Positions 29,812 through 40,782 of a stretch of DNA of 64,000 nucleotides are shown here, in pieces (positions within the stretch are counted from its first letter, which is position 1; every line of letters starts with the position of its first letter). The position numbers were made by a program, and so were the translations under genes. The notes below the pieces were generated by a model. The model was not told the DNA's origin, made no database searches, and saw nothing but the letters and a program-made list of their open reading frames with translations. The DNA lies in IMG/VR virus record IMGVR_UViG_3300045988_052724, positions 96,001 to 160,000 of that record; one strand, 5' to 3'. The DNA is from a virus.

Positions 29812-32800
29812 CTAATAACCTAAAGCCATCCAATTAATCATAGAGTTAACCGTTTCACAATTGGCTATAGTACAACTTGTTCTAGTGTAATTACCTGCTA
29901 CACAAACCTTGTCCCAGTTAGTTGCAGTTGTTTTATGTGTTACTTGTACCGATATACAAGCTGTTGGGAATGCAATCGGGAAGGATTTATGTCCCGTAGA
30001 ATTTGCACCTACATATGCTTCACCCCATTGAATTATAAATCCGTTAGGGAATTTAACATATCCAGAAGCGTCTTTAGAAGCTGCCCAATTTGAGTTCAGT
30101 GTAAAGTCTGACAATGCTTTATACCCACCAGCACCAAGTACTACATTATTATTACTACCACCTTTAGTTATATATGAACCATCGTGGTTATGGTTACTGT
30201 TTGCTTTAGAGTTAGGGTCAAAGTTCTTGGTATCCCATACTTTTACCCATCCATACCAATTGTCAGTAGTATCTCTTAACGCTCTGTACCACAATCCCAT
30301 ACCAGCAGTCCATCCTCCAGCAATTTCAACCGTACCTCCAGTACTTCTTCCAAATCCTATAACGGATGTATATGTAGTTGGTGCACCATTACTAGTTCCA
30401 CTAACTGTATTATAGGAGTACACATTACCTAGGTTTTGGGTTCTTCCTGTTTGTGGATTGAGGTTTCCTCTAGAATTTATATAGTTATGTGAATGGTCTG
30501 CAGGAGCGCCTCCAATATCAGCAAAAGACCATGAAACATTGGCAGAACCATTTACTGACTTAGTAGTATTACCAATAGTAAAGTTCCTAGCTGTTCCCCA
30601 ATAAGAGGTAGTAATATTTGCAGTACCGTCGAAGTTAGTTCCATTAATAGAGCGGGCTATTGTAAGTCTGTCTGCACTAGCAGCATGATTGGTATAACTT
30701 GAATTAGGTCTACTAACATTAGTGTTATAATTATTAGCCACAGTGCTTGAATAAGAAGTATTAGTAAACTGACCTGCCGATATACTACCACCATTATTAG
30801 TTACTGTATATTCAAGGCTTATATTAGTCCAATCGCTAGGTTGCCTTACTTGTACCTCCCAACTGTTGTTATTATATCGTACTATCCTAATCATATCCCA
30901 AGTACAATAAGGAGGAAGGTATAGATAACTTTGATTTAACATTGAGTCTGCAGTACCGCTATAAGCATACATTATCGCTTCAAATGGTATATCTATTACG
31001 TGCCCTTGATTGTGATTACCTGTTATATAGTAGATTGTACCTTTGACTTTACAGCTTTGATATTGCCCTCCACCTGTACAAACATAGGTTACTATCTTCT
31101 TCCAGTTCTTGTCTGTACCACCTCCCCATCTATCAACCCTGTATTTAGTTGAAGTAGTCCAGCCCATACTGAATGCTGCTTGGTGGTAGCCATCTAATAA
31201 ATCCGCATTTAAATTATTCCATTGTGCTGTACTACTAGATGTCATGTTAGAACCATTCCAAGTAAATCTATAGTTGTTTCCACCTCTCCATGAAGCACCC
31301 TGTTGGATAAATGCTAGTCCAGTTGCTCCGTTTAATCCTTGTAATCCAAGGCAGCCTCCGATATTACAGTCACCGAAACCGCAATCATCTCCAGCATTGT
31401 TTCTAGTACCATTAGCTAGATGTAATGCACCAGTCATAGTATCACCAGTAACATTAACATACCTACCGTCTATAATTCCAGCATAGTTATTAGTATCTAA
31501 CACTCTATACCATCCATAGTTAGTACCCCCTTGTATTCTTCTCCAGTAAATACCATCAGATGTATTTAAAGGGACTGCTATATCAGCGAAATACCCAGAA
31601 CCATTTCCATGATTCATTCTTAATATATGCCACCATTGAGCTGTTGGTCCAACATTCTGATTAGCAGCAGTACCAGCACCTAGATTTGCATTGAAGTAAG
31701 TTAATCCATTTAGTCCAAATGTTAACTGACTATTAGTAGCCAATCTCTTAGACCATTCAGCAGTACCATTTAAAGCACCAGTAAATGTTGGAGCTGTGAC
31801 TGTGCCAGGGAATATTGTATTTCCATTAGCATCCAATAATGTTGCTGTCCTCTTTATGGTAGTAAATACGCCCGTGTATTGTCTTACATATATAGGTTCA
31901 TCTCCATCATCACAAGAAGCTATCTCCATCCATCCTGCATTACTTGCAGTTCCCCCAAAAGCTATTCTACCATAATCGTTATCCCCACCTTGGAATCTAA
32001 CTTGCCTAGTTCCAGTAGTGCTAGCTTGGTTTATTATAATATCTCCGTTCTGGGTTAAGGTTCCATTGTTAGTAATACCAGTAGTGGTAAGTAATGCAGT
32101 AAATAAACCTCCACCAATAACATGAAGCTTCTGTGTTGGAGTTGTAGTGCCAATTCCTACATTTCCTAATCCAGTTAATACCATTTTAGCACTCATAGCC
32201 GGGTCTGTTCCAGCCTCTCCAACAGAACTCATAAAGGCTAGGTAATTATTATCATTAGTACCACTAAAGTATGGGGTTAATCCAAATTTATCACCAAAGC
32301 CATTCTCTTTCCAATATATAGTATTAGCACCCATTCCAAGAGTACCAGTCATGGTATCACCTGCTTTCTTTACGTAACGTCCGTCAGAATAGCTGGCGTA
32401 GTTTCCACTATGTATTAACACAACCCAATCATTCCACTTTGAATCATCATGCCTTCTGTATTTAATCGTGTTTGTATCATAATGGAAAGCTAACTGAGTA
32501 TTTCTTGTTGGAACGTCACCTAGACTTAGCACAGTAGTATTTGCAGATAGGGTAACATCATCCGTAGGTTTAGGGTCAATAGTAACTACGTTTCCATTTC
32601 CAAAATATTGGTTTACAGTAGTGTATCTACCTCTAAGCCAAGAACGCATAACACCCTCTCTTCCACTAAATCCTGCCAAATGTACTCCATCAAGCAAATC
32701 TGCATTTAAATTATTAACAAGCGTATTGCTTGAAACTATCAACGGTGATAACCCTGTGGCAACAGTTGACATAAACCTAGGTGCTCTCACATCATTTGGA

Positions 32801-35253
32801 GTGACACGTAAAACTAGCTTGTTGTTATGGTCTACGACACCAAATCCTGCACTATCCGTACTACCTCCTCTAAGGTTTCCTATATACCAGTATGTGTCAT
32901 ACCAGTTGAACCTTAATCCGTTTCTTATAGAAGTTAACCCACCATCATCGTTCCTGATAACTTCGTTATCTTTATAGATATTGGTAATATCACAATTTTC
33001 CAATCCCTTGAATACGATTGAGCTGGAAGTAGATGCGGATGTAAGTGTTCCAGTCATAGTATCGCCAGTCTTCTTAAGGTAACGTCCATCGAGAGTTCCT
33101 GCATAATTAGTAACATCTAATATATCTACCCAAGAACCATAGGAAGTAGAATCATTACCTGTACGATACTTTAGCCCACGTATGCCTTTTGTTGGTAATG
33201 CAAGTTGTGTAACCCAGGTCTTGTTTCCTACAATTCCCATATTAGAACCACCCCAGTTCATAGATATGATATGCCACCAGTTGCCGTTTATACCTGACTT
33301 TGTAGTCATTCCCATGTAATAACCATCGTAAGTGGCTGGGTCAAAGTCTTCTTCCTTGTAGAATATAAAGCTTTTAGCGTGTAACCCATCAAGTAAATCA
33401 GCGTTAAGATTACTTACTAAGGTATTACTAGCTACAACTAATGGTGCAGTTCCACTAGCTACTGTAGATATGATAGGAGTTGTAAACGTCTTGCTACCAT
33501 TAATAGTCTGTTCAGTATCTAATGTTACATATATAGGGTGTGTATGGTCTGTTGTTGATACTTTTTTACCATCACTATATAGACAGTTATCAGCACCAAC
33601 GTATACGTATCTATTACTGTATGTTTGAGGACTTTCAGTCTGTGATTCTGCTCCGATTAAGAATAACTTTGTGTTTATTAAATCAGTAGCTCCAGCTGTA
33701 TTTACAGTATCATTTCCAGGGTCTGCAGCTAAAGTTAAATTACCTTGGTTATCTGGAGTAATAAACATATTGTCTCCAGCAATGAAATTTACTTTCTTAG
33801 CTTCATAGCCATCAAACGATGTAAACTCGACTCCCTTTACTTGGAATGATAATGCATGATTCAATCTATCAGGTTTATTGGCCCATGTAGGTGTGCCAGA
33901 CTCATTGATTACTAGCATTTGCCCTACTGAACCGTTTGGTAGACCTTTTATCAACTTACCCGTTATACTATCAAACACTGCCAGTTGTCCTATTGTAGAG
34001 GATGAAGGTCCACTAACAACTCCAGTAGTATTAGTCTGAACATATGTCCACTTCTTAGAAACCTCTTCCCAGTTAGTACCATCAGAAGCAGCAGTAGCTT
34101 CCTTACATATAAGTAAGTCACCAACCTCTACCGACACTCCGTTTATATACCCCACACTATCCCTATAAGCACCATTACCAAAGGTTACAACATAAGTATT
34201 ACCTACATCTGCCATTGGTGTATAAGTACCTGGAGAAGATATACCAGCCTCTAATGCTCCCTTAAATAGCATAGCATTATTAGAGCCGAGGATACTATCA
34301 GCATAACTCTTAGCAGTTTCTATAGCGTTCCATACCATTAATGGGGATGCTGCAATAGCTGCAACTACGTTAGTGTCATTTATATTCTCATTATCACTTG
34401 ATGGGTCCGGCTTTCTACTTAATATGTCCTGCAGTTTTACGTGACCATATAATTTAGTAGAAGCACCACCATATTCTGGTTTTAGAGATAAGTGAATCTT
34501 AGGAGTAGCTTGTCCTTCTACATCTCCCTTTAGCTTACCAATAATATAACCATCTAATACAGAAACGTCTCCATGATTAACTGTTACTGCTCCATCGGAA
34601 GTCATTCCTCCTGCTATAGTTATTCTCTGTGTAGCATCATTAAATGTCAAACCATTAGCCTTTCTAACTTGAGATGTGTCCATATTATTATTAGCTTCAT
34701 TATAGGATAATAATACGTTCCTCTCAGCCATCTGATTAGATGGAGCTACCTGTTCAACATAGTCCCTAATCTCAATATTATGATTCTCTGCAAATGTTAT
34801 ATGTCCTGTAGCATCTACTATAAAGTTTGGAACAACAAACACACTAGCATTTCCTAGATTAGTTGATTGTCCATAAGAGCCTGAAGCTACACCGCTCTCC
34901 ATGTGTAATAACTTCCTATTAGAAGCATCCCACTTCAAAGGAGGTTCAGTATCCACTCTATTAAGTGCATTACTGCTGATAATAATTCTATTACCATCAC
35001 CTTTTCTAAGGCTAATACTGTCACCTGTAGGAGTTAGCAGGAAGAAGCTATTTCCTATTTGAACCTTAACAGAGCCGCTAACTTCTGATACTTCTATACT
35101 TGGATAGCCAATACTAAAGTAAGTACCACAAGTCCACATCTCTCTAGTATCCTCAATGAACACTACTGGATTAAGCCCTTCTGGTATTGTGGGTATTAGT
35201 GGCTCAAACTCTTCTTTCTTTCTAGCATATACAATCTTCTTATTTATTATCAT
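29812..35253 (-). CDS. Long tail fibre (1813 aa) with triplicated internal modules and a gp53-like C-terminal domain
   Basis: There are three copies each of GDTMTG(T/A)L and of PL(V/I)V(A/S)SNTLV(S/N)NLNADLLDG.H. The C-terminus is GYVKFPNGFIIQWGEAYVGANSTGHKSFPIAFPTACISVQV, which fits the tail-fibre C-terminal pattern G.iiQWG…FP.aFp. Confidence 0.8.
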   Translation of the reverse strand: MIINKKIVYARKKEEFEPLIPTIPEGLNPVVFIEDTREMWTCGTYFSIGYPSIEVSEVSGSVKVQIGNSFFLLTPTGDSISLRKGDGNRIIISSNALNRVDTEPPLKWDASNRKLLHMESGVASGSYGQSTNLGNASVFVVPNFIVDATGHITFAENHNIEIRDYVEQVAPSNQMAERNVLLSYNEANNNMDTSQVRKANGLTFNDATQRITIAGGMTSDGAVTVNHGDVSVLDGYIIGKLKGDVEGQATPKIHLSLKPEYGGASTKLYGHVKLQDILSRKPDPSSDNENINDTNVVAAIAASPLMVWNAIETAKSYADSILGSNNAMLFKGALEAGISSPGTYTPMADVGNTYVVTFGNGAYRDSVGYINGVSVEVGDLLICKEATAASDGTNWEEVSKKWTYVQTNTTGVVSGPSSSTIGQLAVFDSITGKLIKGLPNGSVGQMLVINESGTPTWANKPDRLNHALSFQVKGVEFTSFDGYEAKKVNFIAGDNMFITPDNQGNLTLAADPGNDTVNTAGATDLINTKLFLIGAESQTESPQTYSNRYVYVGADNCLYSDGKKVSTTDHTHPIYVTLDTEQTINGSKTFTTPIISTVASGTAPLVVASNTLVSNLNADLLDGLHAKSFIFYKEEDFDPATYDGYYMGMTTKSGINGNWWHIISMNWGGSNMGIVGNKTWVTQLALPTKGIRGLKYRTGNDSTSYGSWVDILDVTNYAGTLDGRYLKKTGDTMTGTLTSASTSSSIVFKGLENCDITNIYKDNEVIRNDDGGLTSIRNGLRFNWYDTYWYIGNLRGGSTDSAGFGVVDHNNKLVLRVTPNDVRAPRFMSTVATGLSPLIVSSNTLVNNLNADLLDGVHLAGFSGREGVMRSWLRGRYTTVNQYFGNGNVVTIDPKPTDDVTLSANTTVLSLGDVPTRNTQLAFHYDTNTIKYRRHDDSKWNDWVVLIHSGNYASYSDGRYVKKAGDTMTGTLGMGANTIYWKENGFGDKFGLTPYFSGTNDNNYLAFMSSVGEAGTDPAMSAKMVLTGLGNVGIGTTTPTQKLHVIGGGLFTALLTTTGITNNGTLTQNGDIIINQASTTGTRQVRFQGGDNDYGRIAFGGTASNAGWMEIASCDDGDEPIYVRQYTGVFTTIKRTATLLDANGNTIFPGTVTAPTFTGALNGTAEWSKRLATNSQLTFGLNGLTYFNANLGAGTAANQNVGPTAQWWHILRMNHGNGSGYFADIAVPLNTSDGIYWRRIQGGTNYGWYRVLDTNNYAGIIDGRYVNVTGDTMTGALHLANGTRNNAGDDCGFGDCNIGGCLGLQGLNGATGLAFIQQGASWRGGNNYRFTWNGSNMTSSSTAQWNNLNADLLDGYHQAAFSMGWTTSTKYRVDRWGGGTDKNWKKIVTYVCTGGGQYQSCKVKGTIYYITGNHNQGHVIDIPFEAIMYAYSGTADSMLNQSYLYLPPYCTWDMIRIVRYNNNSWEVQVRQPSDWTNISLEYTVTNNGGSISAGQFTNTSYSSTVANNYNTNVSRPNSSYTNHAASADRLTIARSINGTNFDGTANITTSYWGTARNFTIGNTTKSVNGSANVSWSFADIGGAPADHSHNYINSRGNLNPQTGRTQNLGNVYSYNTVSGTSNGAPTTYTSVIGFGRSTGGTVEIAGGWTAGMGLWYRALRDTTDNWYGWVKVWDTKNFDPNSKANSNHNHDGSYITKGGSNNNVVLGAGGYKALSDFTLNSNWAASKDASGYVKFPNGFIIQWGEAYVGANSTGHKSFPIAFPTACISVQVTHKTTATNWDKVCVAGNYTRTSCTIANCETVNSMINWMALGY

Positions 35254-35255
35254 TC

Positions 35256-35630
35256 CTATATGATTTGAGTTGTTAATAATTCATCAAACCTCTGAGCTGT
35301 TTGAGCAACAGTTAGACCTTTATCTATAAAGTTACCTGACCACCCAATAAGTAAGTCAGTACCGTCTAGTACTGGATTATTCTTAATAGCCTTCTTATTT
35401 ACAGTCTTATTGCCCAGGTTCTCGATTTCTTTTTGCATATTATCAAGCTTCTCTTGAATCTTATTCACAATGTCGATAATCTCTTTATTATCAAGGAATA
35501 CAACCCATTGTTCCCCATCAAATAAGAGCATCTTACTGTTATCTTTAATCCAAATGTGGTAAATGGTTGGAGGGATTTGGTCACCCCTCCAGAAATTTAC
35601 CTGCTTGTTATTTACCATTTCATTTGCCAT
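35256..35630 (-). CDS. Hypothetical fibre-associated protein (124 aa)
   Basis: Track ORF between two fibre genes. Confidence 0.55.
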   Translation of the reverse strand: MANEMVNNKQVNFWRGDQIPPTIYHIWIKDNSKMLLFDGEQWVVFLDNKEIIDIVNKIQEKLDNMQKEIENLGNKTVNKKAIKNNPVLDGTDLLIGWSGNFIDKGLTVAQTAQRFDELLTTQII

Positions 35631-35631
35631 T

Positions 35632-38460
35632 CTATTCTAATACTATCGTTTTACTTAAATCAAGACCTTGCACCAACTTCTCTAATGCTGTAAGTCTTTC
35701 AACTAAGGCTTCAGTTCCAGTGGAAGAAGATGTTATAAATTCCTTATTAAATGTATATGTCGTTTTAGTTCCTACTACTAATGTAAATGTTAACTTCAAG
35801 TCCTGAAGTTCATCATAGTGAAACATCATTACCACTTCTACAGTTCTAACATCATCAGTGTCTTTGGTATCTGTAGCTGTCTTTCTATAAGCCGTTACAA
35901 ATTTTAAAGTTGCATATTCTAATGTTACTAATCTAGCCTTGGATAAAGCTACTATAAAATCGTGTGCATCTTCAGCCTCAGTATAATAATCAGATAGGTT
36001 CTCAGACAGATAAAGAGCCTTCTCAATATGCATGACATAGCCCTGCACATCTGACTTAAATACATTAAGTAGTCCTATCTGTTCTTTTACGTATGTATCA
36101 TTATAATTCTCGAGTGATTGTAACTTAGCTTTGTTCTCATTAGTAAAGTCATTAGTAGACAATCCTTTACCTTCAACCTTATCAACCTTAGTACTAATGT
36201 CTGGAAGTTCACTCTTTAGAGCATAATTACTTAAATCAGTTTCTGGAATATTAGCTATAGCTTGCTTGACATACTCTTCAGTAGCTAAGCCTACTATACT
36301 AGGAATTTCAGGTTTCCCAACTAAGTCTTGATACTCACCGGAGAATAATTCACTTCTATCTGCTTTGCCACCTAATGTAGTATTTATTGCAGCGATGTCT
36401 TTATTATTCTTTATAATTGCATCTCCGACCTCTTTGAATGTGTTATAAGAAGGGTCAGAATCTTGAGTAAGTATGTCAAACTGCTGTCTAGTAAAGTTGT
36501 TAGCTATCTCAAGTATTTCTGCTGCTGTCCCAGCCCTTTCTGCACCTAACTCTTCGAGGGTATATGTAGGTTTATTAGGTTGTTTAGCCCACTCAGGAAC
36601 AGTTGGGTCAGTTTCAGTATAGCTAGTTAGAAACCCTTTACTATTCAATTCTTCTTCAGTAACTAAGTTATTTGGAATTGTTGTTAAGTAATGTTTATCA
36701 TTCTCTAACTGAGATACTTTAGTAGGTACATCCTCTATATCGGCTTTATTACTAACATCAGGGATTTCACTCCTATCTGCTTTTGTGTTAACCTTCTCAT
36801 CAACTTCTTTAATCAGTTCTCTAACACTAGTATCACTATAGTTAGTTAGCCCTTTTAGTTTATTCTTCTCTTCTAATGTAAAGCTTTGCTCAGATAAGCC
36901 CATTCCTTGGACTTTGTCTACCTTGTTGTTCCAATTTTGTATATCAGTAGTGTTTATAGTTGCAGCTGCACTAGCTATAAATGCCGGCTCAATCTCTTCT
37001 GTTAAATACCCTCGGCTATCAAGCTCATGCTTTGTAACATATTCGTCTGGAATATCTGTAATGTAGTGAGAGTCATTCTCTAGTTGAGATACCTTAGTAG
37101 GTACGTCTTCTATGTCTGCCTTACCTGATACATCTGGAATTAGTGCTTTAACTTCATCCTTAGTATAATAATTATTAAGCTGAATGTCTCCTGATTCTAT
37201 GTCCTGCAACTTCTTATCAATTTCTTCCTTAGTGTAGACAGTATACTTATCAACTTTAGATGCTAAAAGCTCTTTAATTGTAGTAGTGTCAAACCCTTTA
37301 GAATCAAATCCAGCTTGACTTAATATTTCTATTGTTGTTTCCCCAAGCCCTGCATTAGCACTCTTGAATATATAGTATATATTACCAAATATTTCCTGTG
37401 TACCTAAGAGTCTAAATCCACCAATAATATTACTAACTGCCAACACTGCACTGGAGCCATTTGGAATCATAACGTATATGTACTCACTGCCATTTGCAGT
37501 AGTAGTAAATATATTGTCAATAGTCTTGTTTAACTTAGTATAGTCTGGTGAGGTTCCATAGTAGTTAGGATATTTAATGTCAAATGTTACTACCTTTACA
37601 GCAGTAATATCCTCATATTTATATCGTAACGTAATAACCATAGAAGTAGTCATTCCAGCAAATGTATACTGCCTAGCTTCAGGCTTAAGAGTTACACCAT
37701 TAATTGTCTGCTCAGTTACATCTTTGTAGTATTCCCAAGTTACAGTTACATCAGTAGGCTCATCACCATAACTCATATACTCTGGGTCTACTGATATGGC
37801 TTTAATATTTTCATCTATAGCTGCTGCTTCAATTCTAGCATTAACCCATTCAGTAGATGCAATCCTATTAGAACTATCTGTCATTAATGGTAATGTAGTA
37901 GTTGGAGTTCCAGTAAACTTAGGTGAGTATATGTCAGCTTTGTTATTTAATCTTATTTCAATTTCACACGCCCATTGAGCAAGTTTTAGATTTATTTCAT
38001 CAATTACCTTATTAATATCAAAGGCTATTGAATCAGTCACAAAGGTATATAAATCTTTTTGATTAGACAAGTTACCTTTGATGTTTCCCCACTTTAGAGC
38101 ATATTCATCTGCTATACCAAGATTAATTCTGGCTATAGTTCTCTGATACTCATCAGTTAACTCTGAGAATAGATTCTCCTTTTGGAATCCATCATCCCCG
38201 CCAGTACACCCATAATATTTAGAAGTATCACAATCATCCTTAATACAGATGTGGTCTACTCCTTCCTCTTCTACTTTTACACTGTCTATCTTGTCTATTG
38301 TAATAACACCATAGTCAGCACAGATTCCTTCTACCTCTTCCTTCTCAATAACTCCGTCAATTATTTTAGTATCGGGCTTTATATTGGAAATAGAATGAGG
38401 ATAATCGGGTAAAATGGGGGCATCCTGTTCTTGTTCATCAAGACGTATAAACTCTGCCAT
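35632..38460 (-). CDS. Tail fibre (942 aa) with internal duplicated modules
   Basis: Duplicated peptides are KADIEDVPTKVSQLEND(S/K)HY and VDKV.G.GLS…F…EK.KL. The C-terminal part is coiled-coil. Confidence 0.75.
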   Translation of the reverse strand: MAEFIRLDEQEQDAPILPDYPHSISNIKPDTKIIDGVIEKEEVEGICADYGVITIDKIDSVKVEEEGVDHICIKDDCDTSKYYGCTGGDDGFQKENLFSELTDEYQRTIARINLGIADEYALKWGNIKGNLSNQKDLYTFVTDSIAFDINKVIDEINLKLAQWACEIEIRLNNKADIYSPKFTGTPTTTLPLMTDSSNRIASTEWVNARIEAAAIDENIKAISVDPEYMSYGDEPTDVTVTWEYYKDVTEQTINGVTLKPEARQYTFAGMTTSMVITLRYKYEDITAVKVVTFDIKYPNYYGTSPDYTKLNKTIDNIFTTTANGSEYIYVMIPNGSSAVLAVSNIIGGFRLLGTQEIFGNIYYIFKSANAGLGETTIEILSQAGFDSKGFDTTTIKELLASKVDKYTVYTKEEIDKKLQDIESGDIQLNNYYTKDEVKALIPDVSGKADIEDVPTKVSQLENDSHYITDIPDEYVTKHELDSRGYLTEEIEPAFIASAAATINTTDIQNWNNKVDKVQGMGLSEQSFTLEEKNKLKGLTNYSDTSVRELIKEVDEKVNTKADRSEIPDVSNKADIEDVPTKVSQLENDKHYLTTIPNNLVTEEELNSKGFLTSYTETDPTVPEWAKQPNKPTYTLEELGAERAGTAAEILEIANNFTRQQFDILTQDSDPSYNTFKEVGDAIIKNNKDIAAINTTLGGKADRSELFSGEYQDLVGKPEIPSIVGLATEEYVKQAIANIPETDLSNYALKSELPDISTKVDKVEGKGLSTNDFTNENKAKLQSLENYNDTYVKEQIGLLNVFKSDVQGYVMHIEKALYLSENLSDYYTEAEDAHDFIVALSKARLVTLEYATLKFVTAYRKTATDTKDTDDVRTVEVVMMFHYDELQDLKLTFTLVVGTKTTYTFNKEFITSSSTGTEALVERLTALEKLVQGLDLSKTIVLE
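36698..36764 (-). repeat. Intragenic direct repeat, copy A
   Basis: A 67-nt segment is about three-quarters identical to 37073-37139. The offset of 375 nt is in frame. Confidence 0.7.
37073..37139 (-). repeat. Intragenic direct repeat, copy B
   Basis: See copy A. It encodes IPDVS.KADIEDVPTKVSQLEND.HY. Confidence 0.7.
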
Positions 38461-38462
38461 AT

Positions 38463-39443
38463 TTAGATTTGAATAATTTGATAAGCATATGTCATAGGGT
38501 CTAAGAAGGATATAATTGTAGCCTCATTAACCTTATGAATTGTTTTAGTAATGGTCATTGATAAGCTAGTATCTCCAATAGGAAATACTTTATTATATAA
38601 TGAACCTTCCATATAACATACGTTCTCATTGAACATATTATTAACGGAATTCCATCTTAAAGTTGTATCATGACAACCTCTTAGGAAGGTATTACCTCTA
38701 CAGTCTGCTTCTAGCACATTATCGTAAGTATCACCTAGAAAGATATTATTAGTACATCCTTGTTTTAATTCATTATGCTTAGTATTATGTAATTCAGAGC
38801 TGTCAGTGATAACTCCTCCAGTTAAGTCTGAGAATGTATAGAAATCTCCATATGCTGCCCCAAGATTAAGATTAGTATTATCTAACTCCTCCGCAGTTCT
38901 TCTGAATTTAATATTCTTGAAATCATAGTGAGCTGAATTGAAATGATTGTCTCTCATAAATGTTATCCTACCTTTAGTGGTAGCCCCATCTTCGAGAGTT
39001 TCTTTAGTAGGGTCATATTCAATAACCCAATCCTTCATTTTATTATCATCAATAACAATCCTTGGGTCTAATCTGTTATTAGTAATAGCTGTTACAATTA
39101 ACTTCCAAACAGGAGAAGGGTTAGTGGAGTCTTCAGTACCCCACGTAACCTTTTGACCTGAATTATTAGTAACATTAGAAGAGTAAATAGTTTGAAAGTC
39201 TGTAATAACATACCTTGCTCCTGTTATTAAGCTATTCTTACTTATGTAATCATTAAGTAGCGTATATGTCACTTCCAATGGCTTAGCTTGTCCGCCTTCT
39301 CCGCTATAATCAATAATACCTATATTCTTCCTTAACTGTTCCTGCTCTAGTTCGGTTAAACCTCCTAGTAAGTCTTTCTTCTTGAAATAATTATTCAAAT
39401 CATGAATACAGGCATAACGTCTTGTATCCCTTTCTATTGCCAT
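38463..39443 (-). CDS. Hypothetical tail-module protein (326 aa)
   Basis: Track ORF. Confidence 0.6.
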   Translation of the reverse strand: MAIERDTRRYACIHDLNNYFKKKDLLGGLTELEQEQLRKNIGIIDYSGEGGQAKPLEVTYTLLNDYISKNSLITGARYVITDFQTIYSSNVTNNSGQKVTWGTEDSTNPSPVWKLIVTAITNNRLDPRIVIDDNKMKDWVIEYDPTKETLEDGATTKGRITFMRDNHFNSAHYDFKNIKFRRTAEELDNTNLNLGAAYGDFYTFSDLTGGVITDSSELHNTKHNELKQGCTNNIFLGDTYDNVLEADCRGNTFLRGCHDTTLRWNSVNNMFNENVCYMEGSLYNKVFPIGDTSLSMTITKTIHKVNEATIISFLDPMTYAYQIIQI

Positions 39444-39444
39444 G

Positions 39445-39630
39445 TTAATTATTCATTAGAAATTCGTATATTCCATCTATTTTATCAAAGTATTGACAAG
39501 TCTGAATAAAGGATATTTGATGTAGAATCATGTCATAATTATCTATATAGCCTTTATTTAGTCTGTTAAGGAACTTATTAAAGTCCTTAATCACTTTAAG
39601 CTTCAGGTTAGTTATTGCATCCACAACCAC
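39445..39630 (-). CDS. Hypothetical small protein (61 aa)
   Basis: Track ORF that fills a gap in the operon. Confidence 0.4.
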   Translation of the reverse strand: MVVDAITNLKLKVIKDFNKFLNRLNKGYIDNYDMILHQISFIQTCQYFDKIDGIYEFLMNN

Positions 39631-40402
39631 CTCCTCCTATAGTATTCTTATCAATCATAACATCTCTACAAATTCCTCCGCACTGAGTAACATCCTCTAA
39701 TACTCTCTGAGCTTCGTAATACTGTCCCAGCTCAATTAGATATTTAATAATATTGATAGCCATCCATATAATATCTCTATTGTAGATTAGTGATTTAACA
39801 TCATCAAGCCTATTCTTGCACCTTCCAGGTAAATCTCCTAAAAGATTTTTACATAGTCTGTAAAAGCATTCATTAATATGGCATATACAGAACGTATTCT
39901 TATCACCTCTGATAATCGTAGTAGTTTTCTCAGTGACAGTAGATGGGGGTGTAGCATTCACCTCTAATACCTCTTCTATAGTTACCTCAACAGACTCTTC
40001 ATCAACATACTTCATAAATACTTCAGATTTGGTATCATAGTAGTAAATAGAGTTATAAGCTGTTAAAGCAGTTGCATTCCTCTCTAACACATAATCCAAC
40101 CATGCATCAGTGGGTAGTATTATATGTGTAACTTCATATAAACCGTCAATAGGCATTTCCATTTCAGATTCATCAATACAATCTATAACGTGTTCAACAA
40201 TGTCATACTTCTGTGTTATTTCTTCTCCAGAAGATTTAATACTTGTTATAGCATTAATAGTTACAGTTTGACTGTAGGTATAATTACGAGTACTTACTGC
40301 AACTTCTCCATCCTCATTTAAGTATTCATCATTGTCTTTCTCTAGCCCAGTGATTGTAATACCGCAGGCTCCCTTCTTGCATATTTTAAATACTGAATCC
40401 AT
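39608..40402 (-). CDS. Hypothetical protein (264 aa), Cys/Gly-rich C-terminus
   Basis: Track ORF ending in …IGGGGCGCNN. Confidence 0.55.
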   Translation of the reverse strand: MDSVFKICKKGACGITITGLEKDNDEYLNEDGEVAVSTRNYTYSQTVTINAITSIKSSGEEITQKYDIVEHVIDCIDESEMEMPIDGLYEVTHIILPTDAWLDYVLERNATALTAYNSIYYYDTKSEVFMKYVDEESVEVTIEEVLEVNATPPSTVTEKTTTIIRGDKNTFCICHINECFYRLCKNLLGDLPGRCKNRLDDVKSLIYNRDIIWMAINIIKYLIELGQYYEAQRVLEDVTQCGGICRDVMIDKNTIGGGGCGCNN

Positions 40403-40404
40403 AA

Positions 40405-40782
40405 TTATACGTTGAAGTCAGCTCTTACTTTAGTTTTGATTTCTCCTACCAGTGTAAGATAATCTAGGTATTTCTGTCTATCAGTTTGATTATCAGATAA
40501 ACCTAAAACAATACTATTGGAGCTGTTAATTAAATCAAACTCTTCATCTTGGTCTACATACTGTCTAATAATAGCTTTAATGCATTCTTTGTGGTCTGGT
40601 TGACCATGTAGATGAACTTGTATATATGTCCACCTTGTTTCCTTCGTTACATCTTCTGTTTCTGGGTCTGTAACATTAACCTCTTTTGATTTAATATCAT
40701 AGTTATAGTAATATGTACCATTACCTAATTTCTCTATTAAGTCTGGCTGCACATCCATTTCTATTCTTCTTGGTTCTAACAT
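40405..40782 (-). CDS. Hypothetical acidic protein (125 aa) overlapping the 3' end of the RT gene
   Basis: Track ORF with a 62-nt overlap with the RT ORF. The true start is uncertain. Confidence 0.45.
   Translation of the reverse strand: MLEPRRIEMDVQPDLIEKLGNGTYYYNYDIKSKEVNVTDPETEDVTKETRWTYIQVHLHGQPDHKECIKAIIRQYVDQDEEFDLINSSNSIVLGLSDNQTDRQKYLDYLTLVGEIKTKVRADFNV

Noticed and set aside
40405-40782. The 125-aa ORF downstream of the RT as the DGR accessory protein Avd
   Set aside because: It is acidic and looks beta-rich at its N-terminus. Avd proteins are small, basic four-helix bundles, and they usually sit between the target and the TR.
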